The notes under the pieces are model-generated. The model had not been told where the DNA came from. It was given only the letters and a program-made list of their open reading frames with translations, and did no database searches. From Klebsiella phage K64-1, in sequence record AB897757.1: 64,000 bases of DNA; one strand, 5' to 3'. Within the stretch, counting starts at the first letter, position 1, and every line of letters starts with the position of its first letter. A program made the translations under genes and the position numbers. Below are positions 38,726 through 48,195 of this stretch, one piece after another.

Positions 38726-40255
38726 TACACCTACAACACAACGACCGAGGAATCTCATATCAGGTTCCATCGGAACTTGTAGTTTTACTTTATCCAGTTC
38801 AATTGACATATTCTCTACTGCAACATTTTCATAAAACCCATTTGACATAAGTTCTTGTACCTGTACTGACTTTGGTTCATCTACGGTAATGACCAATTCA
38901 TAGTTGATACCATCACTTGAAGGTACCCATGAAGACATATCAGAAATGTTTATTGTTTCGGAACCACTGATGCGTTTCCATTTACCACTGATTTTTTGAA
39001 TTAATGTATTAAAGCTAGGAGAAAAAGCTAACATACCATTTTCACCTAAAGTATTATTGGATGCATCAATAAATGGTGGTCTAAACCCGATCTCTGTTAA
39101 TTTAGTTTCCCCATTATAGCCATCAACCGTCGGATTTTGTGGGAAAAATAAAATTTCAGTATTTTTCCAACGCTGAACTTCTTTCGATGAGGCAGTTGCA
39201 GAAAACTCACCAGTTACCGAACCCCTGTGATATAAACCAGTACTACTATCAGACCATTTACTTGGGTCAATTCCGGGGTTTTCAGTTGGATCATAGGTCT
39301 TGTTGTTAAATGTAATCGCTGGTTTATCAACAGTACCATATGTTGCTGCAAAACGTCCCTCAGCTTCTGAAATACCATCATCATACATTGCATCACCGGT
39401 TCTACGTAAACCATCTAAACCATATAAATCAAGTACGGATTGTACATCGGAAACTGATGTTGGGAATTGTCGTCCATATGAATTTACTAGTTTATTATCA
39501 AATGTAACACTTGTGGCTGCAATACGGGTAGCATATTGACGAAGACTTTGCCATTTAGTACCAGTACTGATGATCCAGTCACTATCACGTAAGCCTGGGT
39601 CATAACTAGCATTACCAACCTCGAATTGTTCTGTTAGATCTGGGTCTGATGTTAATGATATAAGACCTTCATGACCAGTAGTTGGGATTTGATCTACATT
39701 AAATCTTGCATAAGCAGAGGTAACTGATTTAGAACCATTACCATCTGTGGTAAAATAATATTTAATTTCCAACCAGTCACCCTCACCTGATGGGTTGGTT
39801 GGTGTGAATATAACTGGTGATGTTGAAGGATTTGTAGTACTCATGTGAGTAGTAGCTAGATCAACAATACCACGAGTTACGTAATAATGACCTGAATTGG
39901 TTGAGTCCGTTGGTGGTAGATTATCGTAAACCGAAATTTCTGATGGTGGATCTACATCATCGGTATTTGGATTAAAAGTACCTTTATATGTCATACCATT
40001 CAATAATGTATCTGGTAAATTTGCAATTGAAATTTTACCATTAGCATCTAATTGAACAAAACGTCGATATTCTACTGTATCATCTAATAATTGTAATGTA
40101 CCTTCAAAAGCTTCCCATTCACTATTATAACGAATCATTCCCGGACGTTTAATGTCATTTGGTGGATTTTTCAATAGTGCTTTTGGTAATTCCAAGAAGC
40201 CATTAGTACTATCGATAATAACACCAGAATCACCACGTATTCTATATATACTCAT
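38723..40255 (-). CDS. tail fibre / baseplate-associated protein candidate
   Basis: 510-aa Thr/Ser/Asn/Gly-rich ORF lying next to the collagen-like fibre gene. Confidence 0.45.
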   Translation of the reverse strand: MSIYRIRGDSGVIIDSTNGFLELPKALLKNPPNDIKRPGMIRYNSEWEAFEGTLQLLDDTVEYRRFVQLDANGKISIANLPDTLLNGMTYKGTFNPNTDDVDPPSEISVYDNLPPTDSTNSGHYYVTRGIVDLATTHMSTTNPSTSPVIFTPTNPSGEGDWLEIKYYFTTDGNGSKSVTSAYARFNVDQIPTTGHEGLISLTSDPDLTEQFEVGNASYDPGLRDSDWIISTGTKWQSLRQYATRIAATSVTFDNKLVNSYGRQFPTSVSDVQSVLDLYGLDGLRRTGDAMYDDGISEAEGRFAATYGTVDKPAITFNNKTYDPTENPGIDPSKWSDSSTGLYHRGSVTGEFSATASSKEVQRWKNTEILFFPQNPTVDGYNGETKLTEIGFRPPFIDASNNTLGENGMLAFSPSFNTLIQKISGKWKRISGSETINISDMSSWVPSSDGINYELVITVDEPKSVQVQELMSNGFYENVAVENMSIELDKVKLQVPMEPDMRFLGRCVVGV

Positions 40256-40419
40256 TTATATATTTCCTCAATAAGTAATATTGTATATGGTATTTATTTT
40301 TCGATAATAAAAAAAGTTATTCTTGGAATTATATGTTTACACACAAACTACGGTACTTTTTCCATGAAAAATATATTCTTTATTTTTAATAAATTATTAT
40401 ATCAAAATCTTGAACCGTA

Positions 40420-40767
40420 TTATACAGATGGTATACTAATAAGGGGTTTCCATATACCGTTGTCTTTGATAAAAATATTAACGATGTTGGTTGTATCAAT
40501 TTGGTAATATACATTACCATCTTCACCTGTACTGGAATCTGGAATATCTGTTCCTCGTAATATAGTACTGTTTAATTTAGTATTAAGATGGTTTAATGTA
40601 ACCAGATGTTGATCTTTGGTAGGTTCACCAGCTTCCACTGGCAATAATAGTGTGCCTTCGTAATTATAAATTTTTACATCGGTACCATCTGTGCTTAATT
40701 TTGCACCATTTTTACCAAGAACAAAATCCTTCTTCATAGTCCCTTCTAAGTTAGAAAAAATTGCCAT
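40420..40767 (-). CDS. hypothetical small fibre-associated protein
   Basis: 115-aa ORF between the fibre-like genes. Confidence 0.4.
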   Translation of the reverse strand: MAIFSNLEGTMKKDFVLGKNGAKLSTDGTDVKIYNYEGTLLLPVEAGEPTKDQHLVTLNHLNTKLNSTILRGTDIPDSSTGEDGNVYYQIDTTNIVNIFIKDNGIWKPLISIPSV

Positions 40768-40779
40768 TATATCATCTCC

Positions 40780-41895
40780 TTAGATATTGTCGCTAATAGG
40801 CAGAGTTGGTGCTTGCCATGATAGTGTACAAATAATTGTCATATTACCATATGAACTTAAATTAACTGATTCATTAAAAATACAAGAAATTATTTCGTCT
40901 TTATCAGAAACAATGTGATTTGTTTCATTGATTACATATCTACTTTGCATTGATATATCAAAATAATCATAACCAGCAATAACAGTACCACCAATATCCT
41001 CATTTGCTTCCCCACTGAAACGAATTTTCATATCAGTTACTGGTGGTTCATACCCCTGTGTTACATTTACTTCGATATTAGTGACAAGATATCCAGCAGG
41101 ACAAGTACCAATAACCAGTACTGTATTAGTGTATGAATGATCGATAGTGTTCACTATAACAACTATATCCTTACCGGCATCTCCTTTATCACCCTTCTCA
41201 CCTTGCAAGCCTTCTTTACCACGAAATTCAATGCCAGTGCTCCATTCTTTTTGTACTGGATCTGTATTTTCCACAATATCTACATAATATAATTTACCAT
41301 CACTTGTGTTATAGAAACAATAATCTTCTGGAAGATTAGTAATATCAGGGAAAGTGCTTCCGGTACTATCAATGTGGAATCTACCGCGTGGACCTACTTC
41401 ACCCCTGAAGCTAATACCGCTCGACCACGTTTGAGTACTGGAATCATAAAAATAAAGTTTTCCATCATTGGTATTATAGAAAGTATAACCATCAAATAAA
41501 CCCGAAGTAGGGAATACCGTACCAGAACTATCTATATGGAATGGTTTACCCTGTTCACCTTGCTCACCTTTTCCAAATTCAACCGAATTCCATGTGCTTG
41601 ACTCACCTGGATTTGAAGTTTTAAAATACAAAACACTTGTGGAATTTGCTAAGCTCAGATAGCTCCACCCAATAGTTTTATCTGTATTAAAATCACTGTC
41701 AGGTATTTCAAAACCAATTTCGTTTGGATAAAAATTACTTCCATCAGAACCGTCATGACCGACAACCAGACCTAAATCTTCAATGGTATTATCTGCATAA
41801 GTTACAATCAAATGACCATCTGTGCTGATTTTCATACTTTTAATACCAGAATTATTACATGAGCAATTGGACCCATTATTAAATGAAATTGTCAT
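40780..41895 (-). CDS. collagen-like repeat-containing tail fibre protein
   Basis: G-X-Y triplet runs: GKGEQGEQGKP, GEVGPRG and GKEGLQGEKGDKGDAGKD. Confidence 0.55.
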   Translation of the reverse strand: MTISFNNGSNCSCNNSGIKSMKISTDGHLIVTYADNTIEDLGLVVGHDGSDGSNFYPNEIGFEIPDSDFNTDKTIGWSYLSLANSTSVLYFKTSNPGESSTWNSVEFGKGEQGEQGKPFHIDSSGTVFPTSGLFDGYTFYNTNDGKLYFYDSSTQTWSSGISFRGEVGPRGRFHIDSTGSTFPDITNLPEDYCFYNTSDGKLYYVDIVENTDPVQKEWSTGIEFRGKEGLQGEKGDKGDAGKDIVVIVNTIDHSYTNTVLVIGTCPAGYLVTNIEVNVTQGYEPPVTDMKIRFSGEANEDIGGTVIAGYDYFDISMQSRYVINETNHIVSDKDEIISCIFNESVNLSSYGNMTIICTLSWQAPTLPISDNI

Positions 41896-42012
41896 ATTTA
41901 TATCCTTTAATGAATATCATCTAGAAATATTTATCCAGTACTATACTCTTTTGGTTAGTATATAAAGCACAATAAATAAGTTAAAGTTCATAATAAAAAG
42001 GGCTTAACGATT

Positions 42013-42510
42013 ATGGCATTACGTTCAAAAAATTTTCTATTCAACAGAAAAGACAGAGATGGAGAATATAAAGATTTTCCAAATAGTGATGTGTGGTATC
42101 CAAACAATGTAGATTATTACTGGGATGAGCAATCAACTCCAATGGCAAGTGGTGGATATTATGGAAGTACTACAGGTTTGCACACAATTTCTTTTACACT
42201 ACGCGAATTTACTGGAAGAATTTATGTACTTGCTACACTAGCAAGCAACCCAACAGATCAAGACTGGTTTCCAATTAAATTTAAAGAAAGTTGTAAATAT
42301 TATCTTGAATTTACGGATATGTCGGTTTATAACCCAATTACCGCAGAAATAAACCGCGAACGTGGTACAACTGGTACTTTTGCTGAAACATTAACTGGTA
42401 ATTTTACATACATTAAAATTGGTATCGATAGAGATTATATCAGTGAAAATCCAAGTGATATACAAAAAGGTGCAGTAGGGTACTTAGAATCTATATTAAT
42501 TAATTTTTAA
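42013..42510 (+). CDS. hypothetical protein
   Basis: 165-aa ORF with an upstream CACAATAAATAAG late-promoter-like motif. Confidence 0.45.
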   Translation: MALRSKNFLFNRKDRDGEYKDFPNSDVWYPNNVDYYWDEQSTPMASGGYYGSTTGLHTISFTLREFTGRIYVLATLASNPTDQDWFPIKFKESCKYYLEFTDMSVYNPITAEINRERGTTGTFAETLTGNFTYIKIGIDRDYISENPSDIQKGAVGYLESILINF

Positions 42511-42520
42511 GGAATAAGAA

Positions 42521-43126
42521 ATGCTACACAAAGAACAACCAAAATTATTTGTAAAAGGACATGTATTAATAACTGATATCACGGATCCAAATAATGTTAT
42601 TACAGTTTTAGATCGTAGTAATGCGATTCACAGTGAAAATATGTCATATGCAATAGCGAATTCATTATCATATGTTCAAGATAGTACTGGGGTTCCTATT
42701 GGATCTATTAGTTCTATGCATTTTGGTAACGGTGGTAGTACTATCATCGGTACTGGACGTATTTTATATAAGCAGCCAAGAGTAACATCTTTTGGTGGAT
42801 TATATTCAGAAACTTATAAAAAAAATATTAATGCCAGAATTAATCCTGGAATTGATGAACAATACAACTATATTAGTACTGTTCATATCCCAGGTCAATC
42901 ATACTCAGATGTTGTATGTATTTGTACTCTAGGTTTAGGTGAACCAGTTGATCAAAACGCAAGTAGTAGTAATGATTTAGATGGTACCTATGTGTTTGAT
43001 GAATTAGGTCTGTATACTGATGGTGATAGTGGTTCACCACTGTCTCATATTATTTTCCACCCAGTGGAAAAATCAGCCAACCGTGTTTTGCAAATTAAAT
43101 ACACTGTACGCATTCAATTACAATAA
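42521..43126 (+). CDS. hypothetical protein
   Basis: 201-aa ORF. Confidence 0.45.
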   Translation: MLHKEQPKLFVKGHVLITDITDPNNVITVLDRSNAIHSENMSYAIANSLSYVQDSTGVPIGSISSMHFGNGGSTIIGTGRILYKQPRVTSFGGLYSETYKKNINARINPGIDEQYNYISTVHIPGQSYSDVVCICTLGLGEPVDQNASSSNDLDGTYVFDELGLYTDGDSGSPLSHIIFHPVEKSANRVLQIKYTVRIQLQ

Positions 43127-43139
43127 TAAGAGGTATATA

Positions 43140-44252
43140 ATGGCAACGGTTAATTATGTAATCAAAAGAAGTGATGGTACTACATATGCTACCATCCCCA
43201 ACGATGTTATACTAGGTCCAAATCAACCTGGTAGCAACCCAGTACCTCTTAATTTTGTAGGAAGGAATAAGGTTGGATATGGTCAGGCATCAAACGAAAA
43301 CTTTCTACACTTAGTTGAAAACTTCACAAGTTCAAATGCACCTTATGGTAACGTTAAAGGGCAATTATGGTATAAAGCCACTGGTAGTACACCTGGTGAA
43401 TTTCTTTTAGCATTACAGGATAATGCTCAACAACCCGTAGATACTGCAACAGAAGGACAATGGGCTTCTATACCAATGATTACATTGTTTAATACCATAC
43501 CAGATGGTACTAACAGTGTGATGGGTAGAATGATCCTCACCAATAATGGTGATACTCTTCGTGTTCTTATGAAAAATAAAGAATGGAGGGAAGTTTTAAC
43601 TCGTAAACCACAAGCAAAAGAATATGAAGCACTGCTTGATATTAATTATGATAGTTCAGTAAATTATATTGAATTCACACAAACTAACAGTACTAAACCT
43701 ATTGCTTATTTTAATACTGGTGGTGATATGAGCATTGACTCAAATGGTTGGGCTAGTTTTGAAACAGGCAATGGTGTGTTCCAATTTGGAACTAACTATT
43801 TTTATGAAATGAAAATAATGTTCAGGGAAGTTTCGATGGATAGTGGATCATTATTATCTGTCCCTTCTAACTACAAAACGTGGAAAATTAATGGTAGCTT
43901 TTATGTTGATAATAAAGGAACCATTACACCGGGTTCTGTTCCGTGCAGTGATTTACCAGATCCACGTCGTATTGCAAGTTTGGAAACTATTAAAGATGTA
44001 ATCACCAGTGCTACGCTACAAAATGACTGGGACGTTAGTATGGTAATTAATGATATAGATTCATCCATTCCTAACCCTACTGGGGTTACTAAAGCAGCAT
44101 ATGAACAATGGGTTATTAATTCACTTAATAGTAGTAAAACGCTAGGTTTTAGAGTAGATGGTACTGTATCAGGATTAAGTACCGGACAAACTGTAAAAAT
44201 TCAACCTAACATTTCAATTAAAATTCTTGGGATCCCGGCACTCGGTGTATAA
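43140..44252 (+). CDS. baseplate/tail-fibre attachment protein candidate (T4 gp9/gp10-like N-terminus)
   Basis: The ATG at 43140 has an AAGAGG Shine-Dalgarno. The N-terminal pattern NYVIKRSDGTTYATIPND...NENFLHLVENF resembles the N-terminal domain shared by T4 gp9 and gp10 (I..DGTGD...IN.NF..LY). Confidence 0.35.
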   Translation: MATVNYVIKRSDGTTYATIPNDVILGPNQPGSNPVPLNFVGRNKVGYGQASNENFLHLVENFTSSNAPYGNVKGQLWYKATGSTPGEFLLALQDNAQQPVDTATEGQWASIPMITLFNTIPDGTNSVMGRMILTNNGDTLRVLMKNKEWREVLTRKPQAKEYEALLDINYDSSVNYIEFTQTNSTKPIAYFNTGGDMSIDSNGWASFETGNGVFQFGTNYFYEMKIMFREVSMDSGSLLSVPSNYKTWKINGSFYVDNKGTITPGSVPCSDLPDPRRIASLETIKDVITSATLQNDWDVSMVINDIDSSIPNPTGVTKAAYEQWVINSLNSSKTLGFRVDGTVSGLSTGQTVKIQPNISIKILGIPALGV

Positions 44253-44265
44253 CAAAAATAAAAAA

Positions 44266-44288
44266 GGAGCCGATTGGCTCCTTTTTTG
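44266..44288. terminator. bidirectional rho-independent terminator
   Basis: GGAGCC-gatt-GGCTCC flanked by an A-run and a T-run. Confidence 0.7.
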
Positions 44289-44762
44289 TTAAAAATATGG
44301 TTCACTATTTAAACTGTTGACAAACACAGTCCCTTTCTTTATACTTTCATACAGAGATTTAAAATCCTTCATTAAATTTTCATTAAGTAGTGTGCTTTTA
44401 GCACCCGGATGTAATCTTAGACTTTTATACGAACCAATTTCTACCCAAGAATATCCAGAGCTTTCGTGATTCAGTACAGGAATAAATTCATTTTCAACTA
44501 CTATAACAAATGAATAATATTTGAATTTACCATTTTTAGTACTGAATACATCAAAAGGTATAATATCTTCAATATCGGGAACAGAATTACCTAATTCTTC
44601 TTGTATTTCTCTGTACAATGCTTGTAATGGTGTTTCATTATTTTGAAGTTTTCCTCCTACAAATCCCCAGTTATTACTATAGGTAGCACTTTCCGAACGT
44701 AAATTGAGCATCATTCTTCCTGTATTCTTGGATAGGAATATAGCACCAACTGCTTCATTCAT
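44289..44762 (-). CDS. Nudix hydrolase (second copy)
   Basis: Nudix box GGKLQNNETPLQALYREIQEELG. Confidence 0.75.
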   Translation of the reverse strand: MNEAVGAIFLSKNTGRMMLNLRSESATYSNNWGFVGGKLQNNETPLQALYREIQEELGNSVPDIEDIIPFDVFSTKNGKFKYYSFVIVVENEFIPVLNHESSGYSWVEIGSYKSLRLHPGAKSTLLNENLMKDFKSLYESIKKGTVFVNSLNSEPYF

Positions 44763-44774
44763 AGAAACTCCTTG

Positions 44775-46100
44775 TTAGTTTTTATCACGAAATGTAATAC
44801 GCCAATAACCAGCAGTGTATTTTGGTTTAACCGATCTAGACCAACCCAAACGCTTATTATATTTGTAATAATGAGTATCATCTCTGTTATAGATATAATT
44901 TGATACAGTTTCTGGATCAATCAAATCTGCACCTGTGTTGGTTATTTTAAATAGCATATTAGGTTCAATTGATGTATCTTTGTATTGAATAGAACATTTT
45001 GAATTATTAACATAATATTGTTCTGGTATAGCATTATTTAGTTCAGAAATTTTAGATACTAATTTGATAATATTAAAATTCGTACTATACTGCAAAGGAT
45101 CAATTTCAACTGTTAACTTATTTGCATCATCACCACTACCAATAGATGTTACTATCCCCTTTAATGGGTTAGTTTCTTCGATTGCAGTTTGGAATCTTAT
45201 GGTGATTTCTTTATCTTCATAATCTGGATCTAAATACTGGAAATATTTTTTCCATGAATAAATCCCACCAGTATCTGCTTTTGGACTTCCTGATTGAGAG
45301 ATTAAAGTAATTTCAAAAATATTATCCGTTTGTTCTTCAGTACCTATACCCAAATTCTTTGGTGTAAAAACATCAACGATTGGATCTTCAAAATCAAAGT
45401 TCATATCCTTTTCAGGAACATACGTTGTCATATTAGTGTTTATTTGGTTAATTAGTTTTGGTTTTTCAACCCTAGCAGGTAAAGAAAACCATATAGTAGT
45501 TTCGAATTTAAATACTGCAATATCCAAATCAGTATCATTACCCTGTGGTACACCCCTTGTACTAAATGTTGTATCTACCAATTCCACATTTTCAATACTA
45601 GTCCAATCAAGTGGGTTATTGGACATTTGCATTTGTACGCTTGGTGCAAAGAGTGTACAAATTTGTTCCCACAATTCCATTTTAGCTTGCAATTGTGTAG
45701 TCCATATGTTAAGATTGAATACAAATTTATATGGTACTGGATTGTGTCGTGTAACTTTGTACATTTTATCGATTTCGTGTATATAATTACCATTATCATC
45801 AGTTTTATTAGTTGCGAATACAGAAATATCATCTGCATTAGAACGCGTTGATTTTCTATCAACATTTAAGCTTTCTACACTGATAGTCATGATAGGTGCT
45901 GAATTTATGATATTTTCACTACCACTATTAATAATATAAGCAGCCATTTTTGAAATATCTGCATAACGCACCGGAACTTCTCTGTATCGTGGTTTGCCTT
46001 CATCATCAACACCATTTTGTACAGTAAAACCACTGAATAAACGAATAAGATGAGTTAATTCTCTATGAAATTGTCCATCATAATAATAATCTAGTTTCAT
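44775..46100 (-). CDS. hypothetical protein (virion structural candidate)
   Basis: 441-aa ORF. Confidence 0.4.
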   Translation of the reverse strand: MKLDYYYDGQFHRELTHLIRLFSGFTVQNGVDDEGKPRYREVPVRYADISKMAAYIINSGSENIINSAPIMTISVESLNVDRKSTRSNADDISVFATNKTDDNGNYIHEIDKMYKVTRHNPVPYKFVFNLNIWTTQLQAKMELWEQICTLFAPSVQMQMSNNPLDWTSIENVELVDTTFSTRGVPQGNDTDLDIAVFKFETTIWFSLPARVEKPKLINQINTNMTTYVPEKDMNFDFEDPIVDVFTPKNLGIGTEEQTDNIFEITLISQSGSPKADTGGIYSWKKYFQYLDPDYEDKEITIRFQTAIEETNPLKGIVTSIGSGDDANKLTVEIDPLQYSTNFNIIKLVSKISELNNAIPEQYYVNNSKCSIQYKDTSIEPNMLFKITNTGADLIDPETVSNYIYNRDDTHYYKYNKRLGWSRSVKPKYTAGYWRITFRDKN

Positions 46101-46102
46101 TG

Positions 46103-47566
46103 TTATTCTTTCCTATATTTTGGTGTACTTGCAATATCATGCAATGGCATTCTATCTGAACTGTTGACGAAATTTACAAGTTCTGGGTCTGAACCTAACC
46201 ATGGAATTCTGTTACCATAATCGAATACTACCCATGATTGACTGTCGGCATTGTATTTCCAACATGTGACAGGATTATAGTCAGTTCTGAAAAAATATTC
46301 TCCATCAGTTGGTGTAGATGGAAACTCGGTACCTTCTGGTACTGAACCCCTTTGTGGTGGAATTTCCGGTCTGTAGTTATTAGGATCATCAATAATATCA
46401 TTAATATTAGAAGTATTGAAATTAAATTTTCCTGGGAAATTAGATGGAATAATCCACGAATCATCTTTGTATTGATATACTTGTGAATCACTATATTTTA
46501 CATAAAACTCTATGTTGTTCTTAGGTTGTTTATCTTCCTTACTATATTCAACATCACATAGCAACCAACTATTACTTGAGTTATCGTACTGGTACAATGA
46601 AAAACCACTTACATTAGTACTATCTTCTTTAAAGAAGAAATCACCATCAGTTGGATTGGATGGGAAGTTAATATCATACCCAGTACTGACAACATTCCAC
46701 ACATCATCAACATTCTCTTTAAGTACAGGTTTAGTCTTTTTAAGATATAGCATATTATTAGCTGGTTCTTCTGGGAAGTCATATCCATTTAGCATACTTT
46801 TAGATAGGTCTACATAGTCAATTCGTGGATCATAAAACTGTTCATTATCAAAATTGAGATAAGGTACATCATTTTCAGCTATTGTGATTATTTTATTCAT
46901 TATATCCATTTCATTTTGATAATTACTGTTGTTATTACCATTACCGTTGCCATTATTTGGATCATCTGGGTTATCTGGATAACTATTGTTTTGTAGTAAA
47001 TCTGAGTATTCAGGTGAATCAGTAATGGGTTTGACTCGAATTTTCCATATATGAGCTTGCCACGTAGCAGAATATCCTTCATATGTTTTAAAAGCATCCT
47101 GAACTACATAAAAACGGTTTATACCACTATCTTTACCAATAACATCGAAATCACGTAAATTTGGTAGTTCAATAACATCACCCGGAAGAATCTTTCTTCC
47201 TAAACGTTTCATCATATCGTTATAATGAACAGTTATATCCATTGTATTAAAATCAAAAAACAGGCCAGGGAGTTTCATGTCGGGAGTTGCTTCTTGCACT
47301 TGATAGACACATGAAAATGTGATAGCCTCTAGATTATATTTTCTATTCGAGGTGTCACCAAAAACCCAATCGCTAACACTGTTGATATCAAAACTTGACT
47401 CTGAACTGGAAGTTGTTGTATAATCACCAGTACTGGACGTTGGTTTTTCACCACAGTACGCGTAAAGCCACATGTCAACGCCACCTATGTTGTATTGTTC
47501 GGCAATGGCAGAATCAATAAAAGAGTAATCATTCGTTCTGCCTTTTTTCCACATCTTATAAGCCAT
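46103..47566 (-). CDS. hypothetical protein (virion structural candidate)
   Basis: 487 aa with a GNGNGNNN low-complexity stretch. Its stop is 2 nt before the previous start. Confidence 0.4.
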   Translation of the reverse strand: MAYKMWKKGRTNDYSFIDSAIAEQYNIGGVDMWLYAYCGEKPTSSTGDYTTTSSSESSFDINSVSDWVFGDTSNRKYNLEAITFSCVYQVQEATPDMKLPGLFFDFNTMDITVHYNDMMKRLGRKILPGDVIELPNLRDFDVIGKDSGINRFYVVQDAFKTYEGYSATWQAHIWKIRVKPITDSPEYSDLLQNNSYPDNPDDPNNGNGNGNNNSNYQNEMDIMNKIITIAENDVPYLNFDNEQFYDPRIDYVDLSKSMLNGYDFPEEPANNMLYLKKTKPVLKENVDDVWNVVSTGYDINFPSNPTDGDFFFKEDSTNVSGFSLYQYDNSSNSWLLCDVEYSKEDKQPKNNIEFYVKYSDSQVYQYKDDSWIIPSNFPGKFNFNTSNINDIIDDPNNYRPEIPPQRGSVPEGTEFPSTPTDGEYFFRTDYNPVTCWKYNADSQSWVVFDYGNRIPWLGSDPELVNFVNSSDRMPLHDIASTPKYRKE

Positions 47567-47620
47567 TTGAATTCTCCAAATGCATTTTTTATATAGTATT
47601 TAGAGAAGATAAAAAAAGAG

Positions 47621-47650
47621 TTGACATTGCAATTTAATTTCTGATATAAT
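47621..47650 (+). promoter_or_regulatory. sigma70-like promoter TTGACA-18-TGATATAAT
   Basis: TTGACA at 47621-47626 and CTGATATAAT at 47641-47650, upstream of the ClpA-like gene. Confidence 0.5.
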
Positions 47651-47697
47651 GTAATCATAGTTCAATACAAAAGAGACATTTTACAAAAGGAAAATCA

Positions 47698-48195
47698 ATG
47701 AATCTACAAAAACTATTTAAAGTAAGCGATGATCTGGCAACTTCTCTTGGTCATACATATCTTACTATTGACCATATTAGTGCTACACTTCTTGAAGTTG
47801 ATAGTATTGTAGAACTATTCAATACCATGAATATTGATACAAATAAACTTCACAGTCGTGTGATGAATTTTCTGAAAAGTACTGAATATCCAAATCAACC
47901 GGCTAGTATGTCAGCTAATGGGACTAACAGTAGTTCTTTGTTGGTAAATCGCGTATTCAATGAACTGTCAAAAAAATCAGTTATTGAACAACTTAAACGT
48001 GATGATTTTACAATTGATTCATACTTTGTACTATTTGAATGCTTGTCTTTCCCAAATACAGCAAAGGCGTGTCTCGCACTGAAGCAGCACGTGCATTACA
48101 AAAACATGTGGCGAAAATCGATAGTTCCATCAATCTACAAAGTATTGCTGAAGATCCTAATTCATCAGATAAGAAAGCGACGGCGGGACAAATGA
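47698..48195 (+). pseudogene. clpA: Clp N-terminal domain ORF (ClpA N-domain, frame-shifted relative to AAA+ body)
   Basis: TIDHISATLLEVD and the second repeat NRVFNELSKKSV...YFVLFE match the Clp_N double repeat. It runs in frame 1 and overlaps the frame-0 ClpA body by 157 nt. Confidence 0.6.

Noticed and set aside
48040-48075. Programmed -1 ribosomal frameshift joining the ClpA N-domain to the body
   Set aside because: There is no X_XXY_YYZ slippery heptamer or obvious downstream pseudoknot at the frame-switch point (…tctttcccaaatacagcaaaggcgtgtctc…). A sequencing error at a short homopolymer or a genuine split gene is more likely, so it is reported as a frameshift or pseudogene rather than as recoding.
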